A stretch of DNA of 64,000 nt, taken from the sequence record PV158447.1. One strand, written 5' to 3'. Made by a program: the position numbers and the translations under genes. The notes under the pieces were generated by a model that searched no databases, was not told where the DNA came from, and saw only the letters and a list, made by a program, of their open reading frames with translations. Of this stretch, positions 38,085 through 47,798 are shown in pieces. Each line of letters opens with the position of its first letter. Position 1 is the stretch's first letter.

Positions 38085-38885
38085 CTACACTTGAAGTTCC
38101 GGTAATTGCTTTGTGTGGGTTTCCAGGATCCCTGTGAGTTCACCCAGCATGATCAGAGCCTGTCCTACTGCCTTCATGTTGACGTCCAACATCCGAATGA
38201 TTTCGTTCAGTACAGAGAAGTCTTCCGGAGAGATAGTGATTTCGCTATTGTCGATTTTGCGTTTCAGCACTTGAGCAATCCCAACGATCTGATCGGCTTG
38301 TTTAGCAAGCACTTCCACATCACGGGATTTAATCAACACTACCTTGCGATTGAAATCTTGATAGATCAGATCCATTGCTTGCCAATTGGGATAGAAGTCA
38401 GATACGGGTCGAGTTTGGGGACCAGAACCTTTCATCAAGAGTTCCATCTGCTCGATTCCGGCGGAGATGACAGAGAGTCCGTCACTATTGCGAAGAGAAT
38501 GTGGTACGATCCCACTTGCCGCCACTTTCTTTAACTGACGGTAAACATCTTCGGCTTGAGTTGTGACGAGACCAACCATTCCACCTAATCGAGCGATTGT
38601 TTCTACGTAGGTTTTGAAGTCCCCAGCGCCAGGGTTAAAGAAGACTGGGGAGGCGATATGTTTGAACGAAACAGAAAAATAATTATTCCGATTCGTCATC
38701 TCTTGAACCGTTTTCTTACCGTCAACGGTATGGATAGACTTGTTGAACATCTTAGCGTTGAGTTTGTCAATCTTCAGAGAAAGTTCTTTGGAGAGTAACG
38801 AAATGTGTTCACCGACGGTCAGCGCTTCCGTACCGGTGATATTGTTCAGATTTAAATCGATAACAGACATATTCTGGTAATCCAT
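38085..38885 (-). CDS. Probable virion (head) protein (266 aa)
   Basis: N-terminal ITGTEA G-x-E site; helical. Confidence 0.5.
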   Translation of the reverse strand: MDYQNMSVIDLNLNNITGTEALTVGEHISLLSKELSLKIDKLNAKMFNKSIHTVDGKKTVQEMTNRNNYFSVSFKHIASPVFFNPGAGDFKTYVETIARLGGMVGLVTTQAEDVYRQLKKVAASGIVPHSLRNSDGLSVISAGIEQMELLMKGSGPQTRPVSDFYPNWQAMDLIYQDFNRKVVLIKSRDVEVLAKQADQIVGIAQVLKRKIDNSEITISPEDFSVLNEIIRMLDVNMKAVGQALIMLGELTGILETHTKQLPELQV

Positions 38886-38929
38886 TTGTTTGTGAATGAG
38901 TCATAACATTTAACCCACGAGGATCAGTC

Positions 38930-40396
38930 ATGCTTCCAGCTCTCAAATTCATGCAAGACTATAACAGCGAATCCCAGCTGCATATCGGCATGAACGTTTC
39001 CCCTATTTTCGATCTGCAAACCACCACCATGATCAAAGGTGCTGATGGTGTTTGGTACATGAACGGTGGTCTGATGCCCATCAACGCCCTGGCAGGTGGG
39101 AACAACACCCAGAAAACAGGTCGTACAGTTTCTGACGTAGCCGCACTACTTTATCGTTTCCAGAAAGCTATTGTACTGTATGGTGATACTGAATCCACAC
39201 TGGATCTTTCTCGTCTGGCAGAACAGGTCGATCGTCTCTTTGGTATCGAAGGTTACTTTGATGAAGAAATCCTGGGGACTCGGTTCATCTACATGCCTCA
39301 GTCTGATGACGTTGATGGAACCACCATTCACAACCGCGTCCTCGAAATCTACAAGTCTCTGAAAGCTCTGGAAGAGTCTAAAGAGAAAGCGGACAAAGAA
39401 GCATTTGACGCATTGTTCTTTGAAACTCCCTGGAAGAGTAAGAAGACTGGTCAACGTATTAAAGAACGCCACCCCATCTTGCTGATCTGCGACTCTATCT
39501 CTGAGGTCATGTTTGACCAACTCATGTTCAAACAGTTCGACGAAGGTGAGATGGATGAGGGCGGTAAGAAACGCACTCGTGACATGGAGATTGGTAACCT
39601 GCGCCGTATCCTTATGACCGACGTTTGCATTCTCGGCCCTCGGTGCGGTATCCGTAGTTACTGGATTGCTCAATCTGCTGACGTAATCAACATGGACGGT
39701 AAACCGAAAGAGAAAGACTCTACCTTCCTGCGTCACAACAAGAAATTGGCTGCTCCTAAGGCAATGTTGAAACTTCCTCACATTGGTGTCGAGATCATCA
39801 AGGGGATCGTTCTCAAGCAACCTGATCACTCCGTCACTTATCCTCGTGGTAAAGAGTCCCAGATCTGTACCAATGCCAAGTCCAACCCTGAACTGGTTCA
39901 GTACCTCACTACGGCATTCCGTAATAAGTCTGGTGCATCCGGTGGTGACATCTCTTTCATCGGTTCTCAGGAAATGGGGATTATGCCATATCTCTCCATG
40001 TACGATACCTTGAAAGACAATAAGTACTGGGGACTGGATGGTTCTGCTATTCGTCATACCCTTGCTCTGTGTCCTGACAAGACCCTGATGCGGACCACAG
40101 TTCGTGATATGCTGGAAGGTCCTGAGGCGGATCCTAAACTGCAACGTGCAGTAGAAATCCTTTATCAAATGTGGTACCAACAGACCTTCTGGGAAAACTT
40201 CCCAGCAAACTGGCGTATCACCCCGCAAGAGCTTTACACTCTGGTGAAAGATCAGGGTATCGACTGGGATGAAATCCTGAGCGATACTGTCTACTTCTGG
40301 CATGATAACCCGGAACACATCAAGAAACACACTCTCACTGTTTTTGAGTTGATGGAAATTGCCGTCAACAAAAAGAAACCCTATTGGAAGAAATAA
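38930..40396 (+). CDS. uvsX: UvsX/RecA-like recombinase
   Basis: GGLMPINALAGGNNTQKTG (variant Walker A), YGDTESTLD, LLICDSIS (Walker B). Confidence 0.75.
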   Translation: MLPALKFMQDYNSESQLHIGMNVSPIFDLQTTTMIKGADGVWYMNGGLMPINALAGGNNTQKTGRTVSDVAALLYRFQKAIVLYGDTESTLDLSRLAEQVDRLFGIEGYFDEEILGTRFIYMPQSDDVDGTTIHNRVLEIYKSLKALEESKEKADKEAFDALFFETPWKSKKTGQRIKERHPILLICDSISEVMFDQLMFKQFDEGEMDEGGKKRTRDMEIGNLRRILMTDVCILGPRCGIRSYWIAQSADVINMDGKPKEKDSTFLRHNKKLAAPKAMLKLPHIGVEIIKGIVLKQPDHSVTYPRGKESQICTNAKSNPELVQYLTTAFRNKSGASGGDISFIGSQEMGIMPYLSMYDTLKDNKYWGLDGSAIRHTLALCPDKTLMRTTVRDMLEGPEADPKLQRAVEILYQMWYQQTFWENFPANWRITPQELYTLVKDQGIDWDEILSDTVYFWHDNPEHIKKHTLTVFELMEIAVNKKKPYWKK

Positions 40397-40399
40397 ATA

Positions 40400-40765
40400 A
40401 TGTTCTACGACTATTCTGTATTGGTTATTGCTGAACCTGATTTTGCCCATAAAGCCGTCGATCAAGAAACCTACATTGAACGTCTGAAAGGTGTTCTGAA
40501 AGAACGTGCTGGTGAACACAAACTTCGTATTGTAACCGTAGAAGGAAAATACGGCATCCCCTCCTTCGAGGCCCAAGCTACCGACGACAAAAACAAAACC
40601 GCCTTTGTTAAATCGATCGAAGATTATTTGAGCCAAATCAACGAGGTGGTGATCATCGCTAACTTCACCGCTGAACCATTCATCTCAGCTGTTTCTACTC
40701 GGGTCGGTGAGGCTCAGAAGAGAACAACTGTCTATGGGTACAAAACACGAAATGAAAAACCGTAA
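40400..40765 (+). CDS. Hypothetical protein (121 aa)
   Basis: Coupled to uvsX. Confidence 0.8.
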   Translation: MFYDYSVLVIAEPDFAHKAVDQETYIERLKGVLKERAGEHKLRIVTVEGKYGIPSFEAQATDDKNKTAFVKSIEDYLSQINEVVIIANFTAEPFISAVSTRVGEAQKRTTVYGYKTRNEKP

Positions 40766-41426
40766 AGAGATAGAGAAAGAGATTCTCTGGTTTGCAAAGC
40801 AATTTACACTTGGTGGTGGAAACCACCAAGTTTATACCAATTTGTTTGCCAACATGACAGACGAACACTTCAAACAGTTCTGGAACAGTATCTGTGATGA
40901 AGGGTTCATTCCTATGTATGTCGATAACTATGATCCGAAGGAAGTTGTGGATTATGACAACATTGTCCGGTTAGCCAAAGAGCTGGACATCCCCCTGGAA
41001 CAACCCGTTATTATTACAGATCCGGATAGTGGCCTGAAACACACCACCCCCGAAACAGGGATTGTGGGAATGGCGGAAGTTCGTAAACAACGCCAGATCC
41101 TTGCCAAGAAGTTTGGTGCGTCCAAACACGACTATTCCAAGGAAGACCTTACAGGGCAACCTACGGGCGATTCTAAAGCAGGTGGTATTTCTAACCCAGA
41201 GTTACAAGTACTATTGAGCTTGAATCTTCCCAAGGTCGCTAAAGAACTGGCTGATGTTCGGGGTGGTGACAGCGGAGCGTATAACGCTTACAAGAACGAC
41301 ATCCTGACTACCGGGACCACCACAGTTCAGTCTGCTCTACAACGGGGTAGTGGTGTCAAGTCACTCCAGACAGCCCACTTCTTACTTCGTGCTCGTTTGC
41401 TCGATAACAACCTCTGGGAGGGATGA
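40752..41426 (+). CDS. Virion RNA polymerase beta subunit, C-terminal part (phiKZ gp149-like)
   Basis: LTGQPTGDSKAGGISNPELQVL...ELADVRGGD matches RpoB VTQQPLGGKAQFGG...GEME...EMLTVKSDD. Confidence 0.8.
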   Translation: MKNRKEIEKEILWFAKQFTLGGGNHQVYTNLFANMTDEHFKQFWNSICDEGFIPMYVDNYDPKEVVDYDNIVRLAKELDIPLEQPVIITDPDSGLKHTTPETGIVGMAEVRKQRQILAKKFGASKHDYSKEDLTGQPTGDSKAGGISNPELQVLLSLNLPKVAKELADVRGGDSGAYNAYKNDILTTGTTTVQSALQRGSGVKSLQTAHFLLRARLLDNNLWEG

Positions 41427-41914
41427 TGGAACAACCATCACAAACACAACCCCCTTTGATGCTGACTCCTTTTGATCCTGCTGAAGCTCTGCTGACTGAT
41501 CTAGTTACAGAATACGGAGAAGCGTTGAAACAGGGTTCTGGTGCAGGACATGATTTCTGGGAGATCGCGAACAGTTGTTTCCAAGAATCACGAATTTATA
41601 GTTTCGACACAACCGCTACTTCTTTCAAAGAGTCCCTGATTGAAAAGAAAGACTCTTTCGATTACGCAATGCGATTTATGACAAGGATGTTGCTGAAACC
41701 TTACTTCGTGGAGGGTATTGGAACTGTTCATGAACATTTCCTGTTCACACTCGACATGATCGGTTTTGAGGGAAAGGTGGAAGAGTTTGCATCCGATCCC
41801 CTCATCAAGTTGATGATGCTGTACACCATTAACAAACCGACCTTTGATGAACTCCGGTACGTGGTTAAGAGTAAAACACAACCTCGACAACCTGCTCAAG
41901 GACGTAGGTCATGA
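41423..41914 (+). CDS. Hypothetical protein (163 aa)
   Basis: ATGA overlap. Confidence 0.8.
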   Translation: MMEQPSQTQPPLMLTPFDPAEALLTDLVTEYGEALKQGSGAGHDFWEIANSCFQESRIYSFDTTATSFKESLIEKKDSFDYAMRFMTRMLLKPYFVEGIGTVHEHFLFTLDMIGFEGKVEEFASDPLIKLMMLYTINKPTFDELRYVVKSKTQPRQPAQGRRS

Positions 41915-42642
41915 CAGTACGGATCTTCACCGACTTGGATTCCCTTTGGGACACCAGGAGAATGACCTTAGAACGTTTGGCCAAGGAAGCTGGTAAGAAG
42001 TTCGATTGGAACCAGAACTTCGCAAGGGTCTATAAGAAACGTCGTTATGACATCTTTGACTACCCTGAGTTTGGTTTCTCTGAACAAGCTTACTGGGATC
42101 GTTATCACAAGCGCACCAAAGAAGATTGGGTCTCACCCACTCACATCTATTCGATTCCGTCCAAGCTTATTGGAGCAATATTTGGAATTGTACGAGAGTT
42201 GGAATTTGGTGTTGGGAAGATGTTGAGTGTTGGGATTTTCGAACTGACTGTTAACACCTTTCCCTATACTTTGTCAGAAGACGAACAGAGTGCGTTGGAA
42301 AAAACAATCAAAGGAGCGATTCGTTTCCCCATTGATTTGAATTTGGTCCATATTCCTCACGAGGAGTTGGTAGCCAAGTTCTACTCAACGTTCCAGTATG
42401 TCTTCAAATACGATATGTTCGTTGGTCGTGATGAGACAAAGGCATTTTGGGATTCGTATTCCAAAATGTTGCACGGTGCAACGAAGTTCATTGTTCCTGA
42501 TGTATTGGGTACGAAGAACACATTACCTGATAGCATGGACCGGACTTCCGTGAAAGAGCTGTTAAGTAAAATGAATATAACTCAAGGCGGTTTCGTCACT
42601 TGGGTCTGTATCGACAAATCTTATTTCGACTATGCCGAATAA
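41911..42642 (+). CDS. Hypothetical protein (243 aa)
   Basis: ATGA overlap. Confidence 0.85.
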   Translation: MTVRIFTDLDSLWDTRRMTLERLAKEAGKKFDWNQNFARVYKKRRYDIFDYPEFGFSEQAYWDRYHKRTKEDWVSPTHIYSIPSKLIGAIFGIVRELEFGVGKMLSVGIFELTVNTFPYTLSEDEQSALEKTIKGAIRFPIDLNLVHIPHEELVAKFYSTFQYVFKYDMFVGRDETKAFWDSYSKMLHGATKFIVPDVLGTKNTLPDSMDRTSVKELLSKMNITQGGFVTWVCIDKSYFDYAE

Positions 42643-42645
42643 GTT

Positions 42646-42673
42646 CCACCTACCTCCCTAGGGAGGTAGGTGG
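42646..42673. terminator. Bidirectional terminator (perfect palindrome)
   Basis: CCACCTACCTCCCTAGGGAGGTAGGTGG. Confidence 0.75.
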
Positions 42674-42691
42674 GTAATTTATTTCTGTTTG

Positions 42692-43243
42692 CTATTCTAA
42701 GGTACTTTCAATCTCAGCAAGATCAAGTTCAGTACGACCTTGTTCCAATTCACCATCTCGGATCTCTTCATTCCTTCCAAGTTCGTAGAATGTCTTCATG
42801 GGGTCAAGGATCAGTGCTTGGTCGCCATAGTTAGGGAGAGTAAGTTTCCCTGCCGCTATTTCATTAAGGGCGGACACAAACATTCCAAAGGTGGCTTTGT
42901 TATCTTCCAGTTCCCGATCTTTGAGTTTCTCTTTCCGGTCATCCCGAACCTTCTTATCCATTTGACCCAACAGAGTGTTAATGGAATCCATCAACTTGGA
43001 GTTACCGGGTTTCTTCATGAATGTTTCCATGGCAACATCGAGAAGGAGTCTACGGTGTTGTTGAATGGCATTCAGAAGTTCTGATTCGGTCTCTTTGTCG
43101 TTCCCTTTGTTCAGGATCTTTTGCAGATCTCCAAGGAGAACATCCTTCTCTTTTAGTTTCTTATCCAGGGGAGAATCTTCTACTGGATTAGGAAGAATAC
43201 CCGAATCTTCCATCTCATCATCGTACATTTTTGATGCCCTCAT
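42692..43243 (-). CDS. Hypothetical coiled-coil protein (183 aa)
   Basis: Acidic helical ORF; start at 43243 or 43228. Confidence 0.75.
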   Translation of the reverse strand: MRASKMYDDEMEDSGILPNPVEDSPLDKKLKEKDVLLGDLQKILNKGNDKETESELLNAIQQHRRLLLDVAMETFMKKPGNSKLMDSINTLLGQMDKKVRDDRKEKLKDRELEDNKATFGMFVSALNEIAAGKLTLPNYGDQALILDPMKTFYELGRNEEIRDGELEQGRTELDLAEIESTLE

Positions 43244-43275
43244 AAATTTTCAGATAGATATTATCTCCTTGTATG
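43238..43275 (+). promoter_or_regulatory. Phage early-type promoter, copy 7
   Basis: CATAAATTTTCAGATAGATATTATCTCCTTGTATG, overlapping the start of the divergent gene. Confidence 0.6.
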
Positions 43276-43314
43276 TGTTAGGAGATTTCTATTAAGCCTA
43301 AAGGAATAACCACA

Positions 43315-43935
43315 ATGTTTAAGAACTGGTTAATGAAATTCTCTTTCTTTCGTAAACGGGAGTTCCAGAAAGTAAAGGACCAATTGAATGCGGTAAAAGA
43401 GAACTTTGAAAACGGACATTTTAACGATATCTTCATTGCGGTATTACACAAGATCCTGAAAAGCCCTGTAGTGCGTTTTGACGAAGACTTGGTATTGGGT
43501 GACGTCAGACATCTAACCACCTATTCGAATACCTCTATGAAGCTTCTGACGGCGTTTAATGAGAAGGAAATATTAAAGAGTAATCTAGAAAGAAGTAAGT
43601 TACTCGGGATGATTCCCCATACTCGGTATTTCCAGGATTGGTATTCCAATCAGGAAAGTATAGAGGAGTTTATAGAGGAAATGAAACTCTGGATGTCATT
43701 GTTTCTTTATCGTAATAATGACGAGACTCATGGAGAATCTATTTATCAAGTTCCTTACGCTTTCTTGGATTCCAATCCTGACCTACGTATCTGTTTGTCA
43801 GAACGGGAAGAATCTTTCATGGAGAGTTTGACGAGTCGTTTGTTAATGTTAGACTTGGTCTCTATCCTGGAATTTTACTTAGGAGTTATAGAAGATGATG
43901 AAGAAACAAATGGATGGCGGGTTCGGAAAAAATAA
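43315..43935 (+). CDS. Hypothetical protein (206 aa)
   Basis: AAGGA SD. Confidence 0.8.
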   Translation: MFKNWLMKFSFFRKREFQKVKDQLNAVKENFENGHFNDIFIAVLHKILKSPVVRFDEDLVLGDVRHLTTYSNTSMKLLTAFNEKEILKSNLERSKLLGMIPHTRYFQDWYSNQESIEEFIEEMKLWMSLFLYRNNDETHGESIYQVPYAFLDSNPDLRICLSEREESFMESLTSRLLMLDLVSILEFYLGVIEDDEETNGWRVRKK

Positions 43936-44305
43936 GAACTACGTACCATTCGAACAACTTACGGACACACCTGCCCGACTGTTCCGTATGTTGGGGAACG
44001 CTATTGGTCTGAATGCCGCCATGTGGCGTTCCTTGATGAACGACCATTTGAGAATGATACACCCAGACGACTCTGGTACACCTGCTGACGTTAAGAAGGC
44101 AAGGAGCACGTCACTGGGCAATGCCCAAGACGCTTATTTCTTTAAACACTCTCTGACTTTCAACAAGTTACTGGAGGGCATGAAGATTCTGAAAGTACGC
44201 AAAGTCTCCATCACGTTCAAATGTGAATTGGAGAGTGGGAAAGAAGTGGAGCTATCAGAATCGATTTATCTTCGTAACAGTAAGAGTGTTGAGAAGGACG
44301 AATAG
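43895..44305 (+). CDS. Hypothetical basic protein (136 aa)
   Basis: TTAGGAG SD upstream. Confidence 0.75.
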   Translation: MMKKQMDGGFGKNKNYVPFEQLTDTPARLFRMLGNAIGLNAAMWRSLMNDHLRMIHPDDSGTPADVKKARSTSLGNAQDAYFFKHSLTFNKLLEGMKILKVRKVSITFKCELESGKEVELSESIYLRNSKSVEKDE

Positions 44306-44314
44306 TCGTTCTGA

Positions 44315-44342
44315 GTTACCCTGACCAAATGGTCAGGGTAAC
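44315..44342. terminator. Terminator hairpin
   Basis: GTTACCCTGACC-AAAT-GGTCAGGGTAAC. Confidence 0.75.
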
Positions 44343-44378
44343 TGACTCTTCCTATTAATTATTTTTTTGGAGTTTACC

Positions 44379-45494
44379 ATGGGTTTATTGCAAAGTAATA
44401 ACGTACTTGCTGATGTGGATATGAATAACCCGTTAGACAAGCTCAGTAAGAGTATTAAAGACTCTGTATCGGGTTTGAGTGATCAGGTCATCAATCCCCT
44501 TAAGTCGGCGTTTGAAACGTCTGAGGGTGGCGTCGCTCTCGTTTCAGAGAGTGATTCATTGTTGACCAAATCTTTGACTACGTTCAAAAGTTTGAATATC
44601 GAAAAAATTACTCAGGGCATGACTAACCTAATTGGCGGGATACTTAATGATCCTAACCTGGGTAATATCCTGAGTTATGAGGATGGTTTTAGTGTCAACC
44701 CTTCGGAGTTAATGAGAATTGCCTCCCAAGGCCTCGGTTTCAACGTAGGGAGCATTGGTGATCTGAAGAACGTTTTGGGTAATGAGTTCATGAAAGAACT
44801 CGACTCCATGACAGGGGGGATGAGCAATAGTTTATTCTTCTTGGATCAAGATAGATTAGTCGTTAGAGACGGCTATCAAAAGAGCATTGTGGAGAGTATG
44901 ATCGGATTCGCAGCTCGTAACAACGAAGCGTTCGCTGGCATTGTTAACATTGCTGGAGTTAACTCTGTTCTCAACGTGATGATCAATCAAGCTGCTCAAA
45001 ACGGTATGTATCAAAGTTACGAGTCGTTTGGTGATCAGTATCTATTTCAATCTGACTACACAAATGCATTAATTAACTCCATGGATTATTGTATAGCTCG
45101 GGGTGACGTAAAGTCCCTGGAGAAGATGTTGGAGTTAATTGGTCAAGATGGATTGAATAAAGTTAGAGCACAATACCCAGACTTAATAGAAAGAACATTA
45201 ACTGGATTCACATTTGATAGGAATACTTATGAGGAAGATTATCCTAAACTAAGTCTGTTGTTAGAAACCTTATTAACAACAGTGGGTGGTAACGATTGGT
45301 ATCGGACATCTAGTAGTTACGGAATGGTCACTAATCTTGCTGTTGTTAACTCCATTTCTAAGGACGCCAAGCTGCTTCTAAGCTCGTATGATAAGTACCG
45401 ACACCTCCTCTGTACCTCTGGGATATTCAGGGATGAAAATGCGTTAGATGTCTTCCTGCGTGATTTCCCGAAAGCAGTTAAGTTTGAACACTGA
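44379..45494 (+). CDS. Probable virion structural protein (371 aa)
   Basis: GGAG SD before ATG at 44379; adjacent to tail genes (inference). Confidence 0.55.
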   Translation: MGLLQSNNVLADVDMNNPLDKLSKSIKDSVSGLSDQVINPLKSAFETSEGGVALVSESDSLLTKSLTTFKSLNIEKITQGMTNLIGGILNDPNLGNILSYEDGFSVNPSELMRIASQGLGFNVGSIGDLKNVLGNEFMKELDSMTGGMSNSLFFLDQDRLVVRDGYQKSIVESMIGFAARNNEAFAGIVNIAGVNSVLNVMINQAAQNGMYQSYESFGDQYLFQSDYTNALINSMDYCIARGDVKSLEKMLELIGQDGLNKVRAQYPDLIERTLTGFTFDRNTYEEDYPKLSLLLETLLTTVGGNDWYRTSSSYGMVTNLAVVNSISKDAKLLLSSYDKYRHLLCTSGIFRDENALDVFLRDFPKAVKFEH

Positions 45495-45508
45495 GCAAAG
45501 TAAGATAA

Positions 45509-45536
45509 CCCCACCGACCCAACTGGGTCGGTGGGG
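45509..45536. terminator. Bidirectional terminator
   Basis: CCCCACCGACCC-AACT-GGGTCGGTGGGG. Confidence 0.8.
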
Positions 45537-45540
45537 AGTC

Positions 45541-47745
45541 TTATCTGTCTAATGGTCTTCCAGCACCTAAAGCCCGATAGATGTCAGCGGCAATACTGTC
45601 CGATACCACACTCGCAATACGAGCAGGAGTGAACATCTGTTCTACGTCAGTGGTGAATCGGGTCAAACGTCTATTGACATCGTTATAACGAAGTACCGTA
45701 TCGAGATAATCGACACCAGCTACCCGGTTAACCCAATCGTTATACTTTCCGACATCACCCAGATACCGAGAAGATTGAGCGGCGATGTTCAAAATGTCCA
45801 ATGGGTTAGAAACACGAGAAATAGGGGCAGACATGATCTGATCCAAATCCGCTACCTCCAGAGTGATCCGAAGGTTCCTGGGTTTCATATCCAATGTCCA
45901 ACCTAATGGACCAGTGCCCCATTCCATCGTTGCATTCTTAACAATACCGTTTCTGATAACACTCTTACCTTGCTGGAACGCTTTAACAAGGAAAGGAGAT
46001 CCGTAGGTACTACCACCAGTGGAGAACGGTACTACAAAAGGAAGTATCAGGGACGCTGGCAGGAAGATATTCGTTGCGATGGAGTAAGGATGAGCGTACG
46101 GAGCTTCGAAATAAAACTCAAAGGTTTCTGTATGAAGGTTGGTACTGCTGTCACTCCAGTGTTCAGGTATTTCTACACGGGAGTTACCAAGGAGAGCAAG
46201 TGGGACGTTACCAATGACAGAACCGGAAGCAATCCCTGCCGCCATCCCGGTCACTTGTTCCATAAAGGAATCGATAATCCCGATCCCCGTCACACCACCG
46301 CCCATGTTGAACTTGAAGTCAGAAACCGCCTTCACCGTTCCGTTGAATGAAGATGCTAGTGCCGATTGTTCAGTTTGGTTAGAGAAACTATCTGAAACCG
46401 AACCAGTACCCTCTACCCGGAAGGTCACTCCATCCATCCCGCCGTAGAACTGATCCATCAGTAATGCACCCACTTCAGTAACGAATCCGTTCTTTGACAA
46501 CTCAGTTCCGTCATCAAAGGAGGTGGGAACAGTTCCCTCTAGCGTAATGGGAGCGGGTTGACCGTTGTCAGAGACTCCTACGGATTCAAATCCGGACTCT
46601 TGGTCGTATGCACCCATCTTCTTCTGAATGTCAGTGATCCCGTAAGCGCCACCTTCCTCGTTCTTCATGCCTTGAGAACGACCTTCTGCATCGATCGTGG
46701 TGTACACCGCAGGATCTGTGTAAGCGGACGCCATCTCAGGGTATGAACCTTCTTCCTGACTACGGTACTTACCAACAGACTGGAGTTCATCCATCAGGAA
46801 ACTCTGAACCCCTTTATTCGCAGCAGGTCCAATGTTACCATTAACGAAATTACCATCCTTCATCAAATTTTCGATAATGGTTGCTATCGCAGAGTCTTTC
46901 TCTTCTACGTTTCTGATCCCAGCTGACTTATCTAAGTCTTTCACTTTCTTCATCATGTATCGGTATTTACGAACACCTCGCAAAGAAACCTTCATGATGT
47001 CAATGGTGCCGTCCTCGTTAATAGCTCCTGGGAAGAGACTCGACATGTACGAATACTGAGCTTGAGCAGCCGCACTTCTGGTCTTATAACCTTTGTCCCC
47101 GTTACCGGCCGGTTCGCCTGCTTTTAGATCTACCACATTCCCTTGCTTCGGAAGAACCGTCAAGGTATAACCAGCAGCAACCATTAAATCGTTAAAGATG
47201 CCCTGGGCTGCCGTGAAATAAGCGCCTGGTGAAGCTTTGTGATAAAACCATTTGTTCTTCGGGGTGTTCGTTAAGAACTGGAAGAAGTTCATGGAAGTTG
47301 CGAATATCTGTGCAGGCCAGAATGCAATTGCACCAGCAGCTTGACCGATGTAGAAAGACCAGGTTGGAGCACGGCCCTTGTTGACCATTGTGCTTGCTGA
47401 ATAGTCAAACATGTTGATCAGAAAATCCAAGATCCCTGTGAATTCCGGAACACCTGCTGACAGAGTTACGGTCTGGGCGGTATCGTGATGAATACGTTTA
47501 TAATAACGCCCCATGTTACCCATGGTGTTTTTCATCAAAGGTTCTGGGTAAGGGTCTGTATTGAAACCATAGCCTGGGAGTGGGTTGATGTATCGGTTAT
47601 CCCCGATAGCTGTAGAGAAGAATGACACGTATAAGTCGTAATCAGACTTCTTCATTAAATCTTCGATGTCCGCTATGCCATCGCTCATTAACCTAAAAGA
47701 ACGTGTAAGGAGATTACTGTCCTTATAGGGAAGTTTTACACTCAT
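45541..47745 (-). CDS. Tail/baseplate structural protein (phiKZ gp182-like position, 734 aa)
   Basis: Directly downstream of the gp181-like gene, matching phiKZ-like synteny. Confidence 0.6.
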   Translation of the reverse strand: MSVKLPYKDSNLLTRSFRLMSDGIADIEDLMKKSDYDLYVSFFSTAIGDNRYINPLPGYGFNTDPYPEPLMKNTMGNMGRYYKRIHHDTAQTVTLSAGVPEFTGILDFLINMFDYSASTMVNKGRAPTWSFYIGQAAGAIAFWPAQIFATSMNFFQFLTNTPKNKWFYHKASPGAYFTAAQGIFNDLMVAAGYTLTVLPKQGNVVDLKAGEPAGNGDKGYKTRSAAAQAQYSYMSSLFPGAINEDGTIDIMKVSLRGVRKYRYMMKKVKDLDKSAGIRNVEEKDSAIATIIENLMKDGNFVNGNIGPAANKGVQSFLMDELQSVGKYRSQEEGSYPEMASAYTDPAVYTTIDAEGRSQGMKNEEGGAYGITDIQKKMGAYDQESGFESVGVSDNGQPAPITLEGTVPTSFDDGTELSKNGFVTEVGALLMDQFYGGMDGVTFRVEGTGSVSDSFSNQTEQSALASSFNGTVKAVSDFKFNMGGGVTGIGIIDSFMEQVTGMAAGIASGSVIGNVPLALLGNSRVEIPEHWSDSSTNLHTETFEFYFEAPYAHPYSIATNIFLPASLILPFVVPFSTGGSTYGSPFLVKAFQQGKSVIRNGIVKNATMEWGTGPLGWTLDMKPRNLRITLEVADLDQIMSAPISRVSNPLDILNIAAQSSRYLGDVGKYNDWVNRVAGVDYLDTVLRYNDVNRRLTRFTTDVEQMFTPARIASVVSDSIAADIYRALGAGRPLDR

Positions 47746-47798
47746 GAAAACGTCCTTAAAAGAAAAGGAGAGAGGTGTTACCCTCCCTCCTGTGTTCG

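Noticed and set aside
38930-40396. Non-canonical Walker A (GGNNTQKT) as an inactive recombinase
   Set aside because: Lys-Thr and Walker B are intact; divergence is plausible for a phage UvsX
39146-40636. 496-aa minus-strand ORF antisense to uvsX
   Set aside because: Same shadow-ORF pattern
2664-45536. Recurrent palindromes as a CRISPR array or MITE family
   Set aside because: Dispersed single copies with different stems, no spacers or target-site duplications, all at gene ends
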